Positions 56,225-62,613 of a stretch of 64,000 nt of DNA are shown piece by piece. The stretch lies in contig JAKLDJ010000005.1 of assembly GCA_022703585.1 (NCBI GenBank), positions 69,353 to 133,352 of the forward strand, given 5' to 3'. Origin of the DNA: Candidatus Omnitrophota bacterium. GTDB taxonomy: Bacteria > Omnitrophota > Gorgyraeia > Zapsychrales > JAKLDJ01. Made by a program: the position numbers and the translations under genes. The notes below the pieces were generated by a model, which was given only the letters and a program-made list of their open reading frames with translations, did not search any database and was not told the DNA's origin. The number at the start of each line of letters is the position of its first letter. Position 1 is the first letter of the stretch.

Positions 56225-56370
56225 CTATTCACCCGTCTCGTCCCGCATTAGCGGGACGGACGAGGTCTCGTCATCCCGCAAACGGCGGGATGACGGACTA
56301 TTCACCCGTCTCGTCCCGCATTAGCGGGACGGACGAGGTCTCGTCATCCCGCAAACGGCGGGATGACGGA
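56225..56370. repeat. Two exact tandem copies of a 73-bp unit, each encoding two GC-rich hairpins
   Basis: The unit is ctattcacccgtctcgtcccgcattagcgggacggacgaggtctcgtcatcccgcaaacggcgggatgacgga. The hairpins are CGTCCCGC-ATTA-GCGGGACG and GTCATCCCGC-AAACG-GCGGGATGAC. The unit is flanked by TATTCAC heptads. Confidence 0.85.
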
Positions 56371-56413
56371 CTATTCACCATTCACTATTCACTAAAATCT
56401 TCTTGGGCTAAGA

Positions 56414-56917
56414 TCACTTTTTCTTCTTTTTACTTACCGTCTTCTTTCCTGCGGCCGGTTTCTTGGTTGCAGCCGGCTTCTTCTTTTCTTTCTCGATTGG
56501 CTCCAAAACATCGACGGCAGCCTTCACAATTGTTTGAGCAGGCGGCGCCCCTTGAGGCCTGTGATCGGCGGCCACTTTAAAATTGTTATTGGCCTTACGC
56601 CGCGAAAAACATTCTTTGCAAAAGACCGGCCGGTCTCCGCTGGGCTTAAAAGGCAATTCGCATTCCTTCTTGCAATCGGCGCATACGGCACGAAACATCG
56701 GCCGCTCTTTGTGATGATCCCTTGGCTTTTCATTTCCCTGATGCCGGCCACTCACCGGTAGATAAAATGGCGTCTTGGGCGCAGATCCCGGCCCCGCCGG
56801 CTGCTGTGTGGACCGGTTGAGCAAAAGGTCCACCTTCTTATCCAGCGCCGTCAACTGCTCTTGCATTTTAGTTATTAGGCCGACGATGTCGGGTTCATTG
56901 GGAATCTGTTTTTTCAT
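56414..56917 (-). CDS. Zinc-ribbon (CxxC-x17-CxxC) protein with lysine-rich histone-H1-like C-terminal tail
   Basis: 167 aa: a short N-terminal coiled coil, CADCKKECELPFKPSGDRPVFCKEC, and the tail KKKPAATKKPAAGKKTVSKKKKK. A perfect SD (AAGGAGGAG) precedes the ATG. Confidence 0.6.
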   Translation of the reverse strand: MKKQIPNEPDIVGLITKMQEQLTALDKKVDLLLNRSTQQPAGPGSAPKTPFYLPVSGRHQGNEKPRDHHKERPMFRAVCADCKKECELPFKPSGDRPVFCKECFSRRKANNNFKVAADHRPQGAPPAQTIVKAAVDVLEPIEKEKKKPAATKKPAAGKKTVSKKKKK

Positions 56918-57013
56918 GCTCCTCCTTAAGTGGTTTTGAGTGTCTTGCTACTTGTGACTTGTGACTTGTGACTTGTAACTTCGCCTCAAGGGCTTTTGGG
57001 GACCTGGTCCTGA
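56850..57013. repeat. Direct repeat copy A (promoter / 5' end of the zinc-ribbon gene), about 150 bp, duplicated at 58185..58336
   Basis: Near-identical blocks: ccgacgatgtcgggttcatt...ctgttttttcatgctcctccttaagtggtttt..gtgtcttg..ac.tgtgacttgtaac...aagggcttttgggacctggtc.tgag. Confidence 0.75.
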
Positions 57014-57038
57014 GTTGGACCCGATGACGACAAAGCTT

Positions 57039-57488
57039 CTACTTTGCATTCTCCAGAATTTCGTTAGCCCGGCCCAAAAGTTCTTTGGCCTTATCCAATA
57101 AATTTCTAGCGCCTTCTTTAGAAAACTCGTTCTCATAATCCGCATTCTCACGCAGGGTTTTTGCCGTCTGTAATGCCTCGATTAAATTAACGTCGAGTAA
57201 ACCCTTGGCAACAAAAAATGCCTTTATCGCCGCAATCAAGCAATAGTGGCTTCTTTCCCGGTATCCCTTCGAATAAATGAGAGCCCGTGCTGCATGAAAC
57301 ATGGCATAATACCCCTGGATCGTCGCCCATTTGAAACTGCCATCGTCAAAGCTATTCTCGGCAGTCTTTAGATCGTCACGGGCGGTTTTTAATTCCTTAG
57401 GTGCCAATTTTACCGCAGCAGCGAATTTCTTGATCTTGCCTTTCGACAAACATTCCTTCAAATCCTGATCTTCTATTCCTTTTCCCAT
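57039..57488 (-). CDS. HEPN-domain protein (putative toxin of a HEPN/MNT type VII TA pair)
   Basis: 149 aa, all-helical. It overlaps the upstream nucleotidyltransferase gene by 16 nt. It has a C-terminal LRENADYE block where the HEPN R-x4-6-H motif sits, with Tyr in the position where His is expected. Confidence 0.65.
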   Translation of the reverse strand: MGKGIEDQDLKECLSKGKIKKFAAAVKLAPKELKTARDDLKTAENSFDDGSFKWATIQGYYAMFHAARALIYSKGYRERSHYCLIAAIKAFFVAKGLLDVNLIEALQTAKTLRENADYENEFSKEGARNLLDKAKELLGRANEILENAK

Positions 57489-58009
57489 AAAACAATTCCC
57501 TTTTTAATTTCTTCATAGAAAACCGGCTCTTTTTTGTCAAAGCCCATATATTCTTGCGGGCTCTTAACAACAAGTTGGATCTTTTCTTTTAACCGTGGCT
57601 GGGATAAGACGAGCGCCCGCACCTTTTCCTTATCGTTTGATACCACAAAAATATCGATATCGCTTTTTTCGGTATCTTCGCCTAACGCACAGCTGCCAAA
57701 AAGAACAGCACGCTGTGATAGGCCCTTCACCTGTTCAACCAAGGGCTCCAGCATGCTGACATTCTTCAGGATCTTATACTGCCGGACAGTCGCTGATTTC
57801 GGGTCAACGCTGTAAAAGATCATCCGCCCTTTTTGTTCCGTCTTAAGCAAACCCTCTTTGGCCATCTGACGCAAGGCCTGATTGGTCCCGCCCTTGCTTA
57901 AAAGCGTATGCAAGGCAATTTCTGCCCCGTAAAAGGACACGTGAGGATTCCGGCAGAGAAAGTCCAGAATCTTTTGCTCGGCTGTGGATGAAAATCTGTC
58001 TTTTTTCAT
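57473..58009 (-). CDS. Minimal nucleotidyltransferase (MNT) with N-terminal winged helix (putative antitoxin)
   Basis: Nucleotidyltransferase motif LFGSCALGEDTEKSDIDIFVV (GS...DxD). An N-terminal wHTH-like region is present. Confidence 0.75.
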   Translation of the reverse strand: MKKDRFSSTAEQKILDFLCRNPHVSFYGAEIALHTLLSKGGTNQALRQMAKEGLLKTEQKGRMIFYSVDPKSATVRQYKILKNVSMLEPLVEQVKGLSQRAVLFGSCALGEDTEKSDIDIFVVSNDKEKVRALVLSQPRLKEKIQLVVKSPQEYMGFDKKEPVFYEEIKKGIVLWEKE

Positions 58010-58068
58010 ACGTTTAACCCGCTCATTCTACCTCTTTCATGCGTTTAGCCCGCTCATTCTGTCTCTAG
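58003..58068. repeat. Tandem ~31-bp direct repeat spanning the MNT start codon
   Basis: ttcatacgtttaacccgctcattctacctct | ttcatgcgtttagcccgctcattctgtctct. Confidence 0.5.
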
Positions 58069-58184
58069 CGTAACGACTGACCTTATATTCGTTATAATGA
58101 ATACAAGTTCATTTAAATGAACCTGATTAGACTATACCTTATGTTAAGGGTCCTGTCAAGAACGGCTTTCTTGCCTAACATCTA

Positions 58185-58336
58185 TTCCTGCTGCTCCTGC
58201 ATTTTGGTCATTAATCCGACGATGTCGGGTTCATTAGAAAGCTGTTTTTTCATGCTCCTCCTTAAGTGGTTTTTGGGTGTCTTGTAACCTGTGACTTGTA
58301 ACTGCGCCTTAAGGGCTTTTGGGACCTGGTCTTGAG
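58185..58336. repeat. Direct repeat copy B, including a truncated duplicate of the zinc-ribbon gene 5' end
   Basis: See copy A. The minus strand encodes MKKQLSNEPDIVGLMTKMQEQQE-stop, against MKKQIPNEPDIVGLITKMQEQLTA... in the intact gene. Confidence 0.75.
58188..58253 (-). pseudogene. 5' gene fragment (first ~22 codons) of a zinc-ribbon/H1-like paralogue, with its own SD
   Basis: As above. An in-frame stop follows codon 23. An SD AAGGAGGAG is present. Confidence 0.5.
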
Positions 58337-58454
58337 CTTAGTTGTTAGCTTCTTAGGTATTTTATCAGGTTAACCGGTTAGAAAGTTAGAATTTCTAACT
58401 TTAATAAGCGCTTAAGTTACGCGGCTTTTTGGGACCTGGGCCTTAGGGTCTTAG

Positions 58455-59312
58455 TTAACAACCGTGTTTCCGCTGGAGATTATCCACCTCAGCTTTCGCG
58501 GCAATCTTCCTGATAACATTCTTAACCTGCAAATCTACTGGAGTACGACTTAAATAATCCGCCGGCGCTACAAAATTCACCCGGTCTTGTTTCAACAACT
58601 TTCTGGCTCTGGCCTTTTTCTTTGAAGAATGCGGTTGATAGACGGCAATCGAATAGCCCCCTTGATCTTTTACTAATTTCATACAAGGTACATCCGTTTC
58701 GCCATCTCCAATATAAATCATCCGCTCAAATGGAATTCGCCGTTTCCACTCGGGAGTATAATCATTAATCTTCTTATCATCCCATTCATCAGAAATGCCT
58801 TTATTGATTCTGAATAAAAATTGAGTCTTAGTAGTATAATTCAAAGCCAAAATCGGCCAAGAAGCAACACCATGCTTATCGTACATAAACGCTGAGGCGT
58901 AAATCTTCTTAAAATGTCTCGCGATCTTGGTGCCCGAAATCATCTCGCGCAATCCAGAGGAGACAATATAATGCTCAATCTTCACATTTTGTTTACGCGC
59001 GAATTTGCTAATCCGGCCAAACCATTTATCAACACCATCAAAAAGATCTACCCCTTCCCCATGCCGCTCGAAAGATTTTCGATCAATCTTAACCTTATTG
59101 CTCTCTGCCCTGGCTTTTTCAATCATTAATGTCATATAAGAAAGGATATGATCACCCTTATGCTCTTTGGCGCGATTTCCAGCTTCTCTCCAGAAATCCC
59201 GCGGTTTTACTCCCAATCCAGGGAAAAAATTATATTCTTGCATGTTACCAGGAGATAAAGTCCCGTCGAAATCATAACAAATCGCCACTATTGGTCGTTT
59301 GGGCTTGCTCAT
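58455..59312 (-). CDS. HAD-superfamily hydrolase-like protein
   Basis: 285 aa. Motif I ICYDFDGTL (DxDGT), motif IV IGDGETD. Confidence 0.7.
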   Translation of the reverse strand: MSKPKRPIVAICYDFDGTLSPGNMQEYNFFPGLGVKPRDFWREAGNRAKEHKGDHILSYMTLMIEKARAESNKVKIDRKSFERHGEGVDLFDGVDKWFGRISKFARKQNVKIEHYIVSSGLREMISGTKIARHFKKIYASAFMYDKHGVASWPILALNYTTKTQFLFRINKGISDEWDDKKINDYTPEWKRRIPFERMIYIGDGETDVPCMKLVKDQGGYSIAVYQPHSSKKKARARKLLKQDRVNFVAPADYLSRTPVDLQVKNVIRKIAAKAEVDNLQRKHGC

Positions 59313-59327
59313 GTGCCACCTCCAAAC

Positions 59328-59735
59328 TTATTGTTTCTTTGTCCCTACTTCGAGTAATTTAATCTTTAAATTATGGCTCTGCTTCAGTTCTCCGTTTATC
59401 CTCACTTCGATACTATAATCCCCAATCTCATCAAATTTCAAGTTAACCAACTGCATCGGCATCGGCAGATGCTGCTCGCCCTCGTGCTGGCTCGGAACTT
59501 CAAGATCTCCCTCCGCCTTAAAAACCGCGCCTTTTTCTCCTATCATTCGGACGTCAAACCGATTCCGTCCAACATCTTGGCGAGTCACCTTCAATCTGAC
59601 CAGCAAAAACATGAGAGGATGTATCCAAGGTAGCTTTGCTGTAGTTATTTCCGTAATTCCAGCCCCTACCAACGTAAACTTACCTCGGTCATTTGCAGCC
59701 GCATAATCGGCTAAGATTAAATCTGATACTTCCAT
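59328..59735 (-). CDS. Hypothetical protein (135 aa)
   Basis: ORF co-directional with, and 15 nt downstream of, the HAD gene. I recognise no motif. Confidence 0.45.
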   Translation of the reverse strand: MEVSDLILADYAAANDRGKFTLVGAGITEITTAKLPWIHPLMFLLVRLKVTRQDVGRNRFDVRMIGEKGAVFKAEGDLEVPSQHEGEQHLPMPMQLVNLKFDEIGDYSIEVRINGELKQSHNLKIKLLEVGTKKQ

Positions 59736-59785
59736 ACTCGATCCTCCTTCTAGTTGTCATACGTAAACCTTGTTGGCAAAAAAAA

Positions 59786-60091
59786 TTACCTCTCAAGAAG
59801 GTACTTTGCCAATTCCTCTGGGGCAATAATATATCGCTCCCCAACCTTATCTGCCTGTACCCTGCCTGTTGCAATCATTTTTATAACTGCTTGACGGGTA
59901 ACACCTGCCTCTTTTGCGAATTCAGGGACCGACATTTCTCGACGTGATTCGCTCTTATTGATGCGCAAATCGACTATCCTACTCGTAGCATTCTTTAGCG
60001 GTGTCAGATCATAATCCACGCTACCTAGACACAGCTTTACGGAAGACGACTTGCCGTTACTTACAGTATTGATGTTCGTTACGTGTACCAT
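59786..60091 (-). CDS. Helix-turn-helix DNA-binding protein (excisionase/MerR-like HTH_17 at the C-terminus)
   Basis: The C-terminal 49 aa, MSVPEFAKEAGVTRQAVIKMIATGRVQADKVGERYIIAPEEL, form a classic excisionase-type HTH. The true start could be the internal Met at 59935. Confidence 0.6.
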   Translation of the reverse strand: MVHVTNINTVSNGKSSSVKLCLGSVDYDLTPLKNATSRIVDLRINKSESRREMSVPEFAKEAGVTRQAVIKMIATGRVQADKVGERYIIAPEELAKYLLER

Positions 60092-60135
60092 GGTTATTTT
60101 ATAGCAGAGAGGTTTACAGTTGTCAACCTTTATTT

Positions 60136-62613
60136 TCAGATATCAATGATCTTCATAACTTCGTCGCCATAGTGATTGATGACCTTCACGGCGATTTTGC
60201 CGGTTCTGGGTTTTGAAAATGGGCGGGAAATGGTGGAATAAAGATCGTCCCAGGCATCTTCTTTGATATCAGCCTTAAGGGCTTTCTTTAGTTTTTCGTA
60301 AGGTTTATCTGCACCAAGAAAATATGCATGCGTGACGAAGAAGGCTTCCCCATTGTAATTCGTATCAATGAACCAAGCGGCAATATCATGCTCTGGGTCA
60401 CCTGATCCGCTGGAGCGTATTTCACTTTTGACTGGGTCGTATATATCCACGCCGACTATTTCAACCACGATCCCCTCTTTGGTCTGTTTTATTTTTACTT
60501 CTGGCTCCCCAAAGGCAAGGAAAAGATTACCTGAGCCGGTTTTCTTTAAGAGATCACCCATGGAAAGATCGGGGTTAATCTTAACTTTCATTACGCGCAA
60601 TTTCTCGAATTCAGAGGGTTCGGAAAAAGCGGATGCCTCAAATGAAGTTGCCGCAACCACAAGAAGATCAGCAAATTTCTTAGCTACTTTCGCAGCATCG
60701 CGAACAAAATCATCATCAACGCTACCAAATTCAGGACCAATAGCCACAGCAACTTTCTTCAACCCTTGCTCCGTTTTATACTCGCCTGAAGCTTGTATTT
60801 CGGGCCCGCCGGGTAAAATATCTAAATTTACAAATTCTACCCTTGCTCCTTTTTTACCTGTTTGCACACCCGCTTTAAGAAGATTTGTAACTATAGTTTC
60901 CACAAAACGTTCAGAAGAGACCATCTCTTGGACGTCAGAAATACGATGAGGAGAAAGGGATTCAACAGTAAATGGTCCAGAAACGCGAACTATGTCGTTG
61001 TTTTCGACGGGTTGATCATATAAAACTTCTTGGCCTGCCGGCTCATCATTAGCAAGAGATCTTAAGGTAACATGTGGCACTGTTTTGTATTCAAAACCAG
61101 TAAAAATACTATGCTCATCTTTGAGCTTGTAATAGGAGAATTTGGCTGTCATCAGCCGTGTGCGCGCTAAAGCTAAAGCAACGCGCGAAGTATCAATAGT
61201 AATCCACCGTCTCCCCCACTGTTCAGCGACATAAGCGGTAGTCCCAGAACCACAAGTCGGATCGAGAATTAGATCCCCCGGGTCAGAAGTCATGAGAATG
61301 CACCGTTGAATAACAGTCGCCCCAGTTTGAACAACATACACTTTATCCTGCTGCCCTGTCGTATCTGTCCAAGTTGCTAATAGACTTGTGACGGGAAAAT
61401 CATCCGAAAATAACTTGTAAGTAAGTAAATTTCCCTTTACTGTTAACCGATTTCTTTTTTCAAGATTTTTTATTCCAGCTTCTGTTGTGCCATAACCATT
61501 CCCAGTAGGAGGATATTCCTTACCTTTAAACTTATATGTAAACTGTCCACTATCATTAGTACCAGTAGTTTTAAGGGACTTTTTCAGAAATACTCTGGCA
61601 CCAGGAGGTAGCAATTTATGATCATTAATTTGCTCTAAGGTCATCTGATGTTCAGACCCATTTGACAATTCATACCAACCGTAATCTTTATTCCTTTCAA
61701 CAGAATACGGCAAAAATAACTGACGATATTTAACCTTGATCTTTCCAGCACTATCTATCCTTTGCTTGGCATACCAAAGAATAAAATCATACATTTGCTC
61801 TAGAAGATTTGCTCCGAGTGGCATAGTTTTTTTTCGAAATGGAATTAAAGCAACAAAATTTTCTGACCCGAAAGCTTCATCCATAAGATTACGCACCAAA
61901 TGGATATTCTCATCTGAAATTTGAACAAAACATGAGCCGCTCTCAGTAAGAAGTTCTCTCCCAACGACTAAACGATCTCTGAGGTAAGATAGATAGGAAT
62001 GGATTCCGAGCTCCCAGGTATCGCGAAAAGCCTTAATTTGTTCAGGCTGACGAATAAAATCTTCTATTTTGTCTTTAACGTCTTTTTTCCTAGTAGAAAT
62101 CTGCCAATTCGAACCAAATTTAATGCCATAAGGCGGATCGATATAAATCGTCTGTACCTTACCGCGCATGCCTTCTTTTTCTAACAGGCTATTCATCGCG
62201 AGGAACGAATCACCTAAAATCATGCGATTCTGCCAATTATCCTCGTGCTTATAAAACTCAACGGCTTTATCAAACTGTTGCTGTGTTGTTTCACCAAAAA
62301 GAGTCAGCTGCATTTCATCTTTAGCCCCCTGTTTTAACCTCGCTATAATGGCCTCGGGAGCTATTTTTTCTTGAACGTAAATAGGAACCGTTGAAACAGA
62401 TAACTCGCTTCCCGCTTCTTTCTTCCCGGCCCAAACCAACTGTGGGTCAAGAGAAGGATCGTAATCATATCTTTTCTTTACTGGTTGCTTCTCGCGTGGA
62501 GATAGCTTGACGGATTCTTCTTGGGTAGGAATACGTTTACGCTTATCTTTATGTTTATAGGACGATACTGCCGCGGCATCAGTGGTCCGGGGCTCTAACC
62601 TTTTTCTTCTCAT
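60136..62613 (-). CDS. mod: Type III restriction-modification methyltransferase (Mod), beta-class N6-adenine/N4-cytosine MTase
   Basis: 825 aa. Motif IV IYIDPPYG precedes motif I LDPTCGSGTT (beta permutation). There is an ATGA overlap with the upstream res gene. Confidence 0.85.
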   Translation of the reverse strand: MRRKRLEPRTTDAAAVSSYKHKDKRKRIPTQEESVKLSPREKQPVKKRYDYDPSLDPQLVWAGKKEAGSELSVSTVPIYVQEKIAPEAIIARLKQGAKDEMQLTLFGETTQQQFDKAVEFYKHEDNWQNRMILGDSFLAMNSLLEKEGMRGKVQTIYIDPPYGIKFGSNWQISTRKKDVKDKIEDFIRQPEQIKAFRDTWELGIHSYLSYLRDRLVVGRELLTESGSCFVQISDENIHLVRNLMDEAFGSENFVALIPFRKKTMPLGANLLEQMYDFILWYAKQRIDSAGKIKVKYRQLFLPYSVERNKDYGWYELSNGSEHQMTLEQINDHKLLPPGARVFLKKSLKTTGTNDSGQFTYKFKGKEYPPTGNGYGTTEAGIKNLEKRNRLTVKGNLLTYKLFSDDFPVTSLLATWTDTTGQQDKVYVVQTGATVIQRCILMTSDPGDLILDPTCGSGTTAYVAEQWGRRWITIDTSRVALALARTRLMTAKFSYYKLKDEHSIFTGFEYKTVPHVTLRSLANDEPAGQEVLYDQPVENNDIVRVSGPFTVESLSPHRISDVQEMVSSERFVETIVTNLLKAGVQTGKKGARVEFVNLDILPGGPEIQASGEYKTEQGLKKVAVAIGPEFGSVDDDFVRDAAKVAKKFADLLVVAATSFEASAFSEPSEFEKLRVMKVKINPDLSMGDLLKKTGSGNLFLAFGEPEVKIKQTKEGIVVEIVGVDIYDPVKSEIRSSGSGDPEHDIAAWFIDTNYNGEAFFVTHAYFLGADKPYEKLKKALKADIKEDAWDDLYSTISRPFSKPRTGKIAVKVINHYGDEVMKIIDI

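Noticed and set aside
56225-56370. Possible CRISPR array
   Set aside because: There are only two units and they are directly adjacent, with no unique spacers. No cas genes are present.
56130-56580. Plus-strand ORFs with duplicated peptide YSPVSSRISGTDEVSSSRKRRDDGLFT, and minus-strand ORF 56031..56225
   Set aside because: These are translations of the 73-bp tandem repeats and the heptamer array. The repeated peptides mirror the DNA repeat, not a protein.
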